Source: Candidatus Bathyarchaeota archaeon
Lineage (GTDB): Archaea; Thermoproteota; Bathyarchaeia; Bathyarchaeales; Bathycorpusculaceae
Direction: 5' to 3'
NCBI GenBank assembly: GCA_963739495.1
Contig: CAVUAM010000015.1
Location: 39,367 to 103,366 of the forward strand
Length of the DNA stretch: 64,000 nucleotides
Shown: piece after piece, positions 50,177-60,645 of the stretch
Layout: each line of letters opens with the position of its first letter
Position numbering within the stretch: position 1 is the first letter of the stretch
Position numbers and translations under genes: made by a program
Notes under the pieces: generated by a model
Seen by the model: the letters and a program-made list of their open reading frames with translations, nothing else
Told to the model about the DNA's origin: nothing
The model's database searches: none

Positions 50177-51698
50177 CTATCGGTTTTTGTTATTGTAGTC
50201 GGTTGTTAACACGTTCATGCCACTCAGGACTGCTTCCATACTTGCTTTAACGATGTCTTCGCGGACGCCCATTGCTGTGACTGTTCGGTTGCCTTTTCGC
50301 ATATGCACAACGACCTCAACCATCGCATCTGTTCCGCCAGTAATAGCTTTAACATTGTATTGTTCCAGCGTGATGGGTTCGGTTTCTGCGATAGCGTCTT
50401 TAACTGCGTTTATCGTGGCATCCACTGGTCCAACGCCCACTGCCGCGCCCCAAACGAATTTACCGTTTAGTTTCAGGCGCACTGAAGCGGTCGAAGTAAC
50501 TTTGTCGCCGCCAACGTATGTCATTTCTTCAAGCTGTATTGGTTTAGCTTTATCCAAGCCCATGACAGCTTCAGTGATAGCTAGCACGTCTGCATCCATG
50601 ACGGTTTTGCCCTTGTCGCCCAGTTCCTTAACGCGTTGGAAGATTCCCTTAAACTGAGCCTCAGTGGGTTTTAGTCCCATATTGGTCAAGTCTGCGCGTA
50701 TAGCATTGGAACCTGAGTGCTTTCCGGGTGCGAGGCGTCTTGTGCATCCTACCAGTTCAGGCGCAATCGGCTCATAAGTCAACGGGTTAGCCAGCACCCC
50801 CTGAGTGTGGATGCCTGACTCGTGAGTGAAAGCGTTGGCCCCCACGACTGCCTTATTGGGCTGAGTGTAAACGCCCGTTAAGCGTGAAACCAACTGCGAG
50901 GTGCTGTAGAGAAGTTCAGTCTTGATGTTCAAATCAAGTTTGTAAAGCGATTTTAAAGTAACTACGATTTCTTCAAGTGCCGCGTTGCCTGCGCGTTCGC
51001 CCAACCCATTTATGGTAGCATGCGCCTCATCTGCACCGCTGCCCAAAGCGGCAATTGTGCTTGCGACTGCCATGCCGAAATCATTGTGGCAGTGCACCGC
51101 AAGGGGGACTTTCAGTTTTTTTTTCAAGTTTGAGAAGAATTCTGCTGATCGTTCAGGAGTTAAAACTCCCACAGTATCACACGGAGTTACCCTATCCGCT
51201 CCAGCCTCCGAAGCCTTCAAGAACACTTGAGTTAAATAAGCGAAGTCTGAGCGGGTTGCATCTTCAGCCAAAAGCTCCACTGTTAAGCCGTGGTCTTTAG
51301 CGTACTGTACGCATTCCTCTGTGGATTTGAGTACTTGCTCACGGGTTTTTCGCAGTTTACATTCAATGTGCAGGTCCGACGTCGGTATTATCATCGATAT
51401 TCCCGATGAACCGCTCTTCAAGACCGCATCGATGTCGCCCTTTGTTCCTCTTGCAGCACTGTACACCTTAGCGCGCAACCCCTGTTTGGCGATGAGGCTA
51501 ACTGATTCCATTTCGCCCTCAGAAACAGCTGCGAACCCAGCTTCAATAACGTCTACGCCAAGCTCGTCTAGCCTCTGAGCAATACGCAGTTTATTTTCAG
51601 GAACAAGCGATACTCCGGGTGTTTGTTCACCATCACGTAGGGTGGTGTCTAAAAATCTTACAGACTTAGGGAAGCGGTTGAATAAAGCGATACCCCAT
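50177..51698 (-). CDS. cimA: (R)-citramalate synthase-type LeuA paralogue (+1 G just after the start)
   Basis: DTTLRDGEQTPG is in frame upstream of the called ORF; IPTSDLHI..KL, ELLAEDATRSD, HCHNDFG and a regulatory domain. Confidence 0.75.
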
Positions 51699-51777
51699 TT
51701 AAATCACATTCATTTTCAAGGCGTCAACCTTAAATATAAAATTATTGGTGACATAAGATTGCATAGAGGCAAAACAG

Positions 51778-53406
51778 ATGCGTAGTGACCAAATTAAAAA
51801 AGGAACAGAAAAAGCGCCTCATCGAGCGCTCCTAAAATCATTAGGTTTAGAAGACGATGACATAGCAAAGCCACTAATTGGCATAGCTAACAGCTACACA
51901 AACATCGTCCCTGGACACATTCACCTCCGAGTTATAGGAGAAGCCGTAAAAGAAGGCATCTTATCTGCAGGCGGCACACCATTCGAATTCAGCACAATCG
52001 CCGTTTGCGACGGCATCGCAATGGGACACGAAGGTATGCGTTATTCATTGCCCTCACGGGAAATAGTGGCGGACTCGGTGGAGATCATGCTTCAAGCACA
52101 CAGCTTAGATGGACTGGTTATGATTTCTAACTGCGACAAAATCACCCCCGGGATGCTGATGGCAGCCGCACGCGTTGACATCCCAGCCATTATGGTTACA
52201 GGCGGACCCATGGCGGCGGGACGATACCACGGTAAAAAAATAAGCTACTCCAACATGCCCGAAGCACTAGGACAAGTAGTGGCAGGAAAAATGACTGAAG
52301 GTGAGTTGTGCGAGATGGAGGAAAACGCCTGCCCAGGATGCGGCTCTTGCAGCGGCATGTTCACCGCCAATACAATGGCCTGCATGACCGAAGCATTAGG
52401 GTTGTCGCTGCCTTACTGTGCAACCTCCCTCGCAAACAGCGCATTCAAACTCCGCTTAGCCAGAGCTACAGGCAAACAAATCATAAAACTAGTCAAAGAC
52501 GACCTTAAGCCATCGCAGATTCTAACCAAGGAAGCCTTCGAAAACGCCATCGCACTTGACATGGCATTAGGAGGCTCAACCAACACGACCCTGCATCTGC
52601 CAGCTATCGCTAAAGAAGCAGGCTTAACTCTGCCCCTGGCAACCTTTGATGAAATCGGCAGAAGGGTTCCCCACCTATGCAGCATGATTCCAAGCGGAAC
52701 CTATGCGCTTGAGGATTTAGATGCAGCAGGCGGAGTCCCAGCAGTCATGAAGGAACTCAAAACTCTGCTTAATCTAAAGTTGCCAACGGTTTCAGGCAAA
52801 ACAGTCGGCGACAACATCAAAAACGCGCAGGTTCTAGACAGAGATGTCATCCACAGCCTCACAAACCCAGTTCACAAAGAAGGCGGCATTGCAATCTTAA
52901 CCGGCAACCTCGCGCCCAAAGGTTCAGTCATCAAAACCGCAGGCGTCTCACCAAAAATGCAAAAACATACAGGTCCCGCAAAAGTCTACGACTCAGAAAA
53001 AGAAGCTCTCACTGCCATCCGCAGTAACCAAGTCAAAGCAGGCGACGTTGTCGTCATCCGTTATGAAGGACCACGAGGCGGACCTGGAATGCCAGAAATG
53101 TTATTCCCTACAGCTACTATCGCTGGTATGGGACTTGCTGATAGTGTTGCCTTAATCACTGATGGACGCTTCTCAGGCGCCACACACGGAGGCAGCATTG
53201 GACACGTTGCCCCTGAAGCCTTTGACGGTGGACCGATAGCGGTCATTAGGAACGGTGATACAATAACTATCGATATACCAAACAGAGTGCTGAAAGTTGA
53301 GCTCTCAGATAAAGAGCTTAAAACACGCAGGGCAGCATGGAAACCACGTGCCCCAAAAATCACCAAGGGCATTCTCTCAAGGTATAAGCCGACGCAAATT
53401 GAATAA
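51778..53406 (+). CDS. ilvD: Dihydroxy-acid dehydratase
   Basis: [35 protein letters not shown] and TDGRFSG motifs. Confidence 0.97.
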   Translation: MRSDQIKKGTEKAPHRALLKSLGLEDDDIAKPLIGIANSYTNIVPGHIHLRVIGEAVKEGILSAGGTPFEFSTIAVCDGIAMGHEGMRYSLPSREIVADSVEIMLQAHSLDGLVMISNCDKITPGMLMAAARVDIPAIMVTGGPMAAGRYHGKKISYSNMPEALGQVVAGKMTEGELCEMEENACPGCGSCSGMFTANTMACMTEALGLSLPYCATSLANSAFKLRLARATGKQIIKLVKDDLKPSQILTKEAFENAIALDMALGGSTNTTLHLPAIAKEAGLTLPLATFDEIGRRVPHLCSMIPSGTYALEDLDAAGGVPAVMKELKTLLNLKLPTVSGKTVGDNIKNAQVLDRDVIHSLTNPVHKEGGIAILTGNLAPKGSVIKTAGVSPKMQKHTGPAKVYDSEKEALTAIRSNQVKAGDVVVIRYEGPRGGPGMPEMLFPTATIAGMGLADSVALITDGRFSGATHGGSIGHVAPEAFDGGPIAVIRNGDTITIDIPNRVLKVELSDKELKTRRAAWKPRAPKITKGILSRYKPTQIE

Positions 53407-53440
53407 AATAGAAAGGAGGTTGGGCGGCGACTGGATTTTT

Positions 53441-53707
53441 TTACCAGAAGCGTCCCATCATTCCCATTCCTATACCAGATCTGTAGGGATAGGTGCCTTG
53501 TTGGGGAACTTGAGAGTATCCATGACTTAGGTTAGGTGACATGTATCCGGAGTTGCCAGTGTATCCTTGTGTTGTTCTTCCGTAGGTTATGTTTTGGTTT
53601 TGGGTGTTAACGTATTGACCAAAGGTAACTCCAACTGCAACCACAACTACGAGCGACAATGCAACAATGAGAAGGATGATTTTTGTTTTGGTCATTTCTT
53701 TTTTCAC
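53441..53707 (-). CDS. Small exported protein with a Gly/Tyr/Met-rich C-terminus
   Basis: N-terminal TM helix; ends GIGMGMMGRFW. Confidence 0.7.
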   Translation of the reverse strand: MKKEMTKTKIILLIVALSLVVVVAVGVTFGQYVNTQNQNITYGRTTQGYTGNSGYMSPNLSHGYSQVPQQGTYPYRSGIGMGMMGRFW

Positions 53708-53746
53708 CTCAACATACCATAGGCTTGGTGTGGTTTGAGTTTTGAC

Positions 53747-53777
53747 TGAAACGTTGTTGAAACGATTTAGTGAAACG
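53747..53777. promoter_or_regulatory. Three TGAAACG direct repeats between divergent genes
   Basis: Copies at 53747, 53758 and 53771. Confidence 0.55.
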
Positions 53778-53863
53778 GTTTCTCGGGGTTTCTTAATGTT
53801 GAATTGTGGTTTGGAGGGAAAAATCCTTAAATCCCAGGAAAATAAGTCTTTTTTAGATATAAC

Positions 53864-54478
53864 ATGAAAAGAGTCAATATGTTTCTAACCATACTAATTG
53901 TTGCTATTGCAGCCCTAATAGCGGCGACAGCCATCGGCTTTGCCATCTTCTCCCAAGCTCAAAACCCAGCTAACTGGATGAGCCAAATGTTCGGAGGCTC
54001 TGCATCAAGTACAAATGGAATGGGTAGCATGATGGGACAAACAGGAACCACAACATCAAGCGGCCTGCTACCCTACTTTGGCGTCTTGTTCGCAGTCTTG
54101 ATCATTGTAACGGTCGTGGGGATTGTTGGCATAGGCTATTATTTGTTGTATCCCCAAATTCGAGTTGGATCTGTAGGGGTTATTCAAACTACACAAAACG
54201 TTGCAGCAACCAAGTCAGCTATAAATTCCACAAACGGAACGACACCATACGAATCCATCTCAAAAACCCTAACTGAAGACGAACGAAAAATCTTAGAGGT
54301 CTTAAACAGTCACCAAGGAAAATACCTCCAAAAGTACATCCGAAATGAAACAGGCCTAAGCAGACTCCAAACCCATCGAATAATTGCACGCTTAGCCGAC
54401 CGAGGAATCGTTTCACTGGAAAAAATAGGAAATACAAACCAGGTCTACTTGGCAAACTGGTTAACCCAAAAACAATAA
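53864..54478 (+). CDS. Membrane-tethered winged-HTH transcription regulator
   Basis: Two TM helices with a Met/Gly-rich loop; LTEDERKILEVL...QKYIRNETGLSRLQTHRIIARLADRGIV. Confidence 0.85.
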   Translation: MKRVNMFLTILIVAIAALIAATAIGFAIFSQAQNPANWMSQMFGGSASSTNGMGSMMGQTGTTTSSGLLPYFGVLFAVLIIVTVVGIVGIGYYLLYPQIRVGSVGVIQTTQNVAATKSAINSTNGTTPYESISKTLTEDERKILEVLNSHQGKYLQKYIRNETGLSRLQTHRIIARLADRGIVSLEKIGNTNQVYLANWLTQKQ

Positions 54479-54687
54479 TTACTCTTTTTTTCTATAGTTT
54501 TGCGATCCTCTTTTCTATTCTTTCTTTACATCAAAATTTGCTGAATCAGTAACTTTGAAATTCACACCAGATGTTGGAATCGATTAAAAAATATTTTTTG
54601 GGCCGCTGTGTTTTTGTTCGAGTTTTTTTTTTGAGATCCAGCGGGTTAATCGTTGGGCACCTTCTTTGAGGCAACCTTCCATTTCTT

Positions 54688-54840
54688 TTATGAAAACTTC
54701 AAGCGAAATGGGCGCATAATAATTTTTTCTTTTTCTACTTTAAGCGAACTTCCCGCCTGCAGTAAGCCAATTTTTTCTCTTGCTTTCTCGGGCAAAAGAA
54801 TTCGACCTGCGTTGTCAATGAATACTTCTTGCTCACCCAT
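54688..54840 (-). CDS. AbrB/SpoVT-family DNA-binding protein (50 aa)
   Basis: IDNAGRILLPEKAREKIGL motif. Confidence 0.65.
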   Translation of the reverse strand: MGEQEVFIDNAGRILLPEKAREKIGLLQAGSSLKVEKEKIIMRPFRLKFS

Positions 54841-55063
54841 TTTCCCACATGAAATAATCCCGCGGTGGAAAATATACACTATGTGATTATGAAAAAAGAT
54901 AGTCTGTGAGCAGTCTACTTTCTTGATAAGTGAATAAAATCGTGAAACAATTGGAGCTAAATCGGTATAGAATTTAGCGGTTGTTGTTTCAATATGTGAC
55001 AACATCACCTTATATCAAATCGAACCGTAAAGGGAAGTAAGAACGAATTTACTAAGAGCCAAG

Positions 55064-55174
55064 AGTTGAGCGGGTCTGGCGGCTAACGTCGACAGGGCGT
55101 CTGCTACTGTTTTTGCGCCTGTCAAGGTTAGCCCACGGCTGAATCCGCTTAACTATTTCTTTTCCCCTCTCCTA
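55064..55174 (+). ncRNA. 91-nt imperfect hairpin followed by a pyrimidine tract
   Basis: AGTTGAGCGGG/TCCGCTTAACT, GGCTAAC/GTTAGCC and GACAGG/CCTGTC stems. Confidence 0.5.
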
Positions 55175-55528
55175 AGCAAATAGCCAAATGACATTTACAC
55201 AGGGCAAGATTTGCTAAATGACAAAGCGCTTCTTAAGGTGAAGAATGACTAAAAGGCTGGTAACTTTGGCAATCAATGTGCATTGACAACTGTAAAGATT
55301 TAACTATGCACCGTAAACTTTTTATTTGCACAACCATGTATTTTTAGAGAAAGTGAAGCTTAAAGAGGCATGAACATGAGGGATCGTCACCTCAATAGCT
55401 GGGATCGTCGGGTACAACTCTTCTAATTTGCCCAGGTTACCCTCTAAACAAGCCACAGAAAAATTTTCGCAAATAACCTTCTTAGACGAGAGTATAAACG
55501 AATTAATCAACAGGAGACAGAACTGAAA

Positions 55529-57232
55529 ATGGCAAAAATGTCTGGTGCAAAAGCACTCTTAGAATCCCTTGAACGACAAAAAGTTGAAGTTATATTTGGC
55601 ATCTTAGGTGGAGCCATCCTTCCGGTGTACGATGCATTATGCGACAGCAAAATCCGGCATATCCTAGCGAGACATGAGCAATGCGCCGCTCACGAGGCTG
55701 AAGGCTATGCAAGAGCCAGCGGACGAGCAGGCGTATGCATGGCAACCAGCGGTCCAGGAGCCACTAACCTAGTCACAGGCATCGCAAATGCCTATATGGA
55801 CTCGTCGCCGATCATCGCTTTAACCGGTCAGGTGCCTACAGCAGGCGCCAACACATCCTACATGATTGGTCGAGACGCATTCCAAGAAGCTGACATCATC
55901 GGCATCGTCACCGCAGTCACCAAATACAGCTACCAACCTCGAACCATCGCTGAAATCCCCCTCATGGTAAACAATGCGCTTTACATAGCAACCACAGGCC
56001 GACCTGGACCTGTACTGATTGATTTGCCAAAGAACATTCAATCTGGAGTCGCCGACGTCGAATTCACCAATAAAATCGACATAAAAGGCTACAGACTAAT
56101 TACCCAACCAGAAATCGCTAAAATCAGCGAAGCCTCCGATTTACTAACCAAAGCTCAAACTCCAATTATCTTGGCAGGCGGCGGAGTCATAATATCAGGA
56201 GCCTCAGATGAAATCGTTCAAATGTCAGATTTACTGATGGCGCCAGTTGCAACCACCTTTATGGGTAAAGGAGCCTACCCTGAAACCCATCCTTTGTCGT
56301 TGGGCAGCATCGGTATGCATGGTAACCCAGCTGCAAATAGGCTAATGGGTGAAGCAGACGTACTTTTAGCTGTCGGTACAAGATTCTCTGACCGCGCAAC
56401 CGCAAATCTCGACACTTTCGCACCAAACGCAAAAATAATCCACATAGAAATCGACAACGCGGAAATCAACAAAAACATTGAAGTTGACGTACCTATCGTT
56501 GCAGACGCCAAAGTCGCGATGAAAATGCTACTGGCGGCAACTTCAAAGAAGCTAAAGAAGGGCGAGGGGAAAGAGTGGAGTAAACGTGTCAAAGAAGTTA
56601 AAGAAAAACTAAGCCCACTGATGAAGGATTTGCCAAAAGACTTAGTCCCCAAAGCGTTACTAAACGAGCTGAGAAAACTTCTGCCAGAAAACGGCATAGT
56701 CACCACAGAAGTGGGACAAAACCAGATGTGGTCAGCGCTGTACTTCAAAGCATTAAAGCCTCGGACATTCATAAGCTCCGGCGGGCTTGGAACCATGGGA
56801 TTTGGTTTCCCAGCAGCCATCGGCGCCAAAGTCGCATGCCCCGACCGACCAGTCGTGGATATTGCAGGCGACGGCAGCTTCATCATGAGCGAACAGGAAC
56901 TGGCAACCAGTGTCACCGAAAATATTCCTGTCACAGTCATTGTCCTAAACAATAGCGTGTTGGGGATGGTGGCACAGTGGCAACGTACACTCTATGACCG
57001 ACGCTACATGGCCGTCAACTTAGGCAAAGTTCCCGACTTCGTCAAATTAGCTGAAGCATACGGAGCACAAGGTTTCCGCGCAAACTCCATCGCAGAATTC
57101 CAAAAAGCAGTTAAGACAGCACTAACTAGTAAAGTAACAACGGTAATCGATGTGCCTATAGGTTCAGAGACCGACGTGGTTCCTTTTGTGCCTCCGGGCT
57201 GCGGATTACCACAACAGAAAGGTGACTATTAA
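55529..57232 (+). CDS. ilvB: Acetolactate synthase large subunit
   Basis: RHEQ, TSGPGATN, DAFQEAD, SGGLGTMGFG and GDGS...NN motifs. Confidence 0.97.
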   Translation: MAKMSGAKALLESLERQKVEVIFGILGGAILPVYDALCDSKIRHILARHEQCAAHEAEGYARASGRAGVCMATSGPGATNLVTGIANAYMDSSPIIALTGQVPTAGANTSYMIGRDAFQEADIIGIVTAVTKYSYQPRTIAEIPLMVNNALYIATTGRPGPVLIDLPKNIQSGVADVEFTNKIDIKGYRLITQPEIAKISEASDLLTKAQTPIILAGGGVIISGASDEIVQMSDLLMAPVATTFMGKGAYPETHPLSLGSIGMHGNPAANRLMGEADVLLAVGTRFSDRATANLDTFAPNAKIIHIEIDNAEINKNIEVDVPIVADAKVAMKMLLAATSKKLKKGEGKEWSKRVKEVKEKLSPLMKDLPKDLVPKALLNELRKLLPENGIVTTEVGQNQMWSALYFKALKPRTFISSGGLGTMGFGFPAAIGAKVACPDRPVVDIAGDGSFIMSEQELATSVTENIPVTVIVLNNSVLGMVAQWQRTLYDRRYMAVNLGKVPDFVKLAEAYGAQGFRANSIAEFQKAVKTALTSKVTTVIDVPIGSETDVVPFVPPGCGLPQQKGDY

Positions 57233-57744
57233 TGGAAACCGGAAAAACCAAAGTCATATCGGTACTGGTCGAAAACAAACCGGGGGTACTGCATCTAATT
57301 GCCAACTTGTTCCGTCGCCGAAACTTTAACATTGAAAGCATCACTGTAGGCCCCACCGAGCAGCCAAGTGTCGCCCGCATGACCATAACCGTCAACGAAG
57401 ACGAAAAAACCATCGACCAAGTAATCAAACAAGTAGCCAAGCAAATCGACGTCCTCAAAGTCAGCGAACTAGAAAGCGGCAACTTTGTCATGCGTGAACT
57501 CTCACTTATAAAAGTCAAAGTTAAAGACAGCAAAGAGCGCAGCGACATCATCAACTTCGTCGACGTATTCCGAGGCAGAATCATCGACGTCTCTACCGAC
57601 AGCTTAACAGTAGAAATCACAGGCACCCCCGACAAAATCGACGCATTCCTCAACCTCATGAAATCCTTCGGCATACTCGAATTGGCAAGAACAGGCATCA
57701 CAGCTCTAGCACGAGGCGCAAAATCGATAACAATCGACCAATAA
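57232..57744 (+). CDS. ilvN: Acetolactate synthase regulatory subunit
   Basis: VENKPGVL, RRNFNIESI and ELARTG motifs. Confidence 0.96.
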   Translation: METGKTKVISVLVENKPGVLHLIANLFRRRNFNIESITVGPTEQPSVARMTITVNEDEKTIDQVIKQVAKQIDVLKVSELESGNFVMRELSLIKVKVKDSKERSDIINFVDVFRGRIIDVSTDSLTVEITGTPDKIDAFLNLMKSFGILELARTGITALARGAKSITIDQ

Positions 57745-57842
57745 ACACCTTTCGCGACGCGGAAATACTTAATAGCCTTCTTTTAAAAATTCCCCATTAT
57801 CTTACCCCATATCTAAGTTAATTCAAGGATAAGAGATCTAAA

Positions 57843-59111
57843 ATGAACATTACAGAAAAAATCCTATCTAAAGCTTCAGGAAGAAGCGAAGTGCACCCTG
57901 GAGAAATTGTCGACGCAAACGTTGACATGGTTATGGTGCATGACCTGACTGGACCTTTAGCAGTAGAATCATTCAAAAAAATAGGCACCCCAAAAGTTTG
58001 GGACCACAAAAAAGTAGTGGTGATACTAGACCACCAAGTTCCAGCTGAATCCATTAAAGCAGCAGAACTACACAAAACCATGCGACAATTCGCCAAAGAC
58101 CAGAACCTCACCTTCTACGACGTAGGCAGAGGCGGCATATGCCACCAAGTTATGCCAGAAAAAGGCCACGTAGTCCCAGGAAACGTAATCGTTGGCGCAG
58201 ACAGCCACACATGTACTTACGGGGCTTTCGGAGCCTTCGCCACAGGCATCGGTTCCACAGAAGCAGCCGCAGTCTTCGCAACAGGCAAAATCTGGTTCAA
58301 AGTACCACCCACAATCAAAGTTAACATTACAGGGAAATTCAAAAAATACGTAACCCCGAAAGACCTAATCCTTAACATAATCGGCAATTTAAGCACAGAC
58401 GGCGCCACATACAAAGCCGTCGAATTCACAGGTCCAACAATCAAAGACATGAGTATAGCGGGTAGGATGACAGTTTGCAATATGGCTGTTGAAATGGGAG
58501 CCAAAAACGGCATAATCGCGCCCGACGAAACCACCCACCAATTCTTAGAGGGCAAAGTCACAAAGATACCCGATTTTGAAGCATTGCAAAGCGACAAAGA
58601 CGCGGAATACGAACGCACCGTCGAATTTGACGTTGCCAAGATGGAGCCACAAGTCGCATGTCCAAGCTCAGTTGACAACGTTAGACCCATCTCGGACGTC
58701 GTCAACGTTCCAATTGACCAGGCATTTATCGGCAGCTGTACAAACGGCAGATTAGAAGACCTACGCTTAGCCGCCCAAGTCATAAAAGGCAAAAAAGTCA
58801 AAGACGGCGTCCGCGCGCTAGTCATTCCAGCCTCGCAAGAGGTTTGGCGTCAAGCCATGCAAGAAGGCTTACTAGAAATCTTTACCGACGCAGGCGCCAT
58901 CGTTTGCGGCTCCGCTTGCGGTCCATGCTTAGGCGGCCACATCGGCCTATTAGCAGCAGGCGAAACATGCGTCAGCAGCAGCAACCGCAACTTCATAGGC
59001 AGAATGGGCAGCACCCAAGCCAAAGTCTACTTAGCGTCCCCTGCAACAGTTGCCGCGTCAGCAGTCACGGGTAAATTAACTGACCCTACAAAACTGGAGG
59101 CAAAAACATAA
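57843..59111 (+). CDS. leuC: 3-isopropylmalate dehydratase large subunit
   Basis: GICHQV, GADSHTCT, GSCTNGR, CGPCLG and NRNFIGRMG motifs. Confidence 0.93.
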   Translation: MNITEKILSKASGRSEVHPGEIVDANVDMVMVHDLTGPLAVESFKKIGTPKVWDHKKVVVILDHQVPAESIKAAELHKTMRQFAKDQNLTFYDVGRGGICHQVMPEKGHVVPGNVIVGADSHTCTYGAFGAFATGIGSTEAAAVFATGKIWFKVPPTIKVNITGKFKKYVTPKDLILNIIGNLSTDGATYKAVEFTGPTIKDMSIAGRMTVCNMAVEMGAKNGIIAPDETTHQFLEGKVTKIPDFEALQSDKDAEYERTVEFDVAKMEPQVACPSSVDNVRPISDVVNVPIDQAFIGSCTNGRLEDLRLAAQVIKGKKVKDGVRALVIPASQEVWRQAMQEGLLEIFTDAGAIVCGSACGPCLGGHIGLLAAGETCVSSSNRNFIGRMGSTQAKVYLASPATVAASAVTGKLTDPTKLEAKT

Positions 59112-59611
59112 TGCAAAATATGATCAAAGCCAAAGCTATAAAATTCAGCAACAACATCGACACCGACGTCATTCTGCCAGGCCAATACATGACGCTGGTT
59201 GATCCCAATGAACTGGCAAAGCACGCGTTGGCAGGCTTAGATATAGAATTCCCCAAAAAGGCCCAGAAAGGCATAATCCTAGTTGGAGGCAAAAACTTCG
59301 GCTGTGGCTCGAGTAGAGAACAAGCACCTCTGGCATTGAAGTATTCGGGTGTGAAGTGCGTTATAGCTGAGTCCTTTGCAAGGATCTTCTTCCGTAACGC
59401 AATCAACATCGGTTTGCCCGTAATCGAGTGCAAAGGCATATCAAGCGCGGTGGAGACAGGCGATGAATTAGCCGTAGACTTCGCAGTTGGGAAGATTGAG
59501 AACTTATCAAACGGCAAGAAATTCCAAGTCGAAAAACTGCCAACTTTCATCATGGAAATCTTGACGGATGGCGGCTTAATAGAGAATTTACGGAGAAAAA
59601 TGAAGAAATGA
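59111..59611 (+). CDS. leuD: 3-isopropylmalate dehydratase small subunit
   Basis: NIDTDVI, NFGCGSSREQA and SFARIFFRN motifs. Confidence 0.93.
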   Translation: MQNMIKAKAIKFSNNIDTDVILPGQYMTLVDPNELAKHALAGLDIEFPKKAQKGIILVGGKNFGCGSSREQAPLALKYSGVKCVIAESFARIFFRNAINIGLPVIECKGISSAVETGDELAVDFAVGKIENLSNGKKFQVEKLPTFIMEILTDGGLIENLRRKMKK

Positions 59612-60645
59612 CTGAATACAAAATATCCTTAATTCCAGGCGACGGAATCGGACCAGAATTAACCGAAGCCACGCTGAAAGTCCTAGAAGCGTCCGAAAAA
59701 AAATTCGGCTTAAAACTAAAGATCATCGACGCTCCAGCAGGTGACATAGCTCTTGAAACGCTTGGCGCCGCACTTCCAGCAGATACTGTGGAAAAAATCA
59801 AGAATTCCCACGCCTGCCTGAAAGGTCCAGTTGGCGAATCTGCAGCAGACGTCATAGTAAAACTAAGAGTCATGTTTGACCTATACGCTAACCTTCGCCC
59901 CCTCAAAGCCTACCCCAACGTTAAGGTTGCCCATCCAGATATCGATATGTACTTTGTCCGGGAGAACACTGAGGACGTCTACAAAGGCTTAGAATTCACA
60001 ATCGGCAACGACACAACTGTTTGCATGCGAGTTATTACACGCAAAAACTGCGAACGGATAGCCAAAAAAGCCTTCGAGATCGCACGCCTAAGAAACGGAA
60101 AAAAGAAAGTCACTGCCATCCATAAAGCCAATGTCATGCGCGTAACTGACGGCTTATTCGCTAGCGTTTGCCGCGAAACCGCAAAACAGTATCCAGACAT
60201 TAAGTTCAACGAACTCTACGTTGACGCAGCTTCCATGCGGCTAATCAAAGAACCAGAAATATTTGATGTCTTCTGCACATGCAACATGTTCGGCGACATC
60301 CTCAGCGACGAAGCCGCACAGCAAATAGGCGGCTTAGGCATGGCTCCAGGCGCAAACGTAGGCGATAACTTCGGCCTCTTTGAACCCATCCATGGCTCAG
60401 CACCAAACCGAGCAGGAAAACACACCGCCAACCCAATCTCTATGATACTCTCGGCAAAGATGATGCTTGAGTGGCTAGGAGAAAAATACGGCGACAAGAA
60501 ATGCTTACAAGCAGGCGCAGCCATAGAGAACGGAGTGATATACGCTCTACGTAATGGCCAATCTGTTCCAGACCTCGGCGGCAAAACCACGACCGTTGGC
60601 ATGGCAGAAGCCATTGCTGCGGCGTTAACCGTCAAAAGTGGCTGA
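59608..60645 (+). CDS. leuB: 3-isopropylmalate dehydrogenase
   Basis: PGDGIGPE, RENTED, HKANV, NMFGDILSD and FEPIHGSAP motifs. Confidence 0.92.
   Translation: MTEYKISLIPGDGIGPELTEATLKVLEASEKKFGLKLKIIDAPAGDIALETLGAALPADTVEKIKNSHACLKGPVGESAADVIVKLRVMFDLYANLRPLKAYPNVKVAHPDIDMYFVRENTEDVYKGLEFTIGNDTTVCMRVITRKNCERIAKKAFEIARLRNGKKKVTAIHKANVMRVTDGLFASVCRETAKQYPDIKFNELYVDAASMRLIKEPEIFDVFCTCNMFGDILSDEAAQQIGGLGMAPGANVGDNFGLFEPIHGSAPNRAGKHTANPISMILSAKMMLEWLGEKYGDKKCLQAGAAIENGVIYALRNGQSVPDLGGKTTTVGMAEAIAAALTVKSG

Noticed and set aside
55370-55426. Attenuator leader peptide upstream of ilvB (MNMRDRHLNSWDRRVQLF)
   Set aside because: Not enriched in Ile/Leu/Val runs and no clear terminator/antiterminator pair
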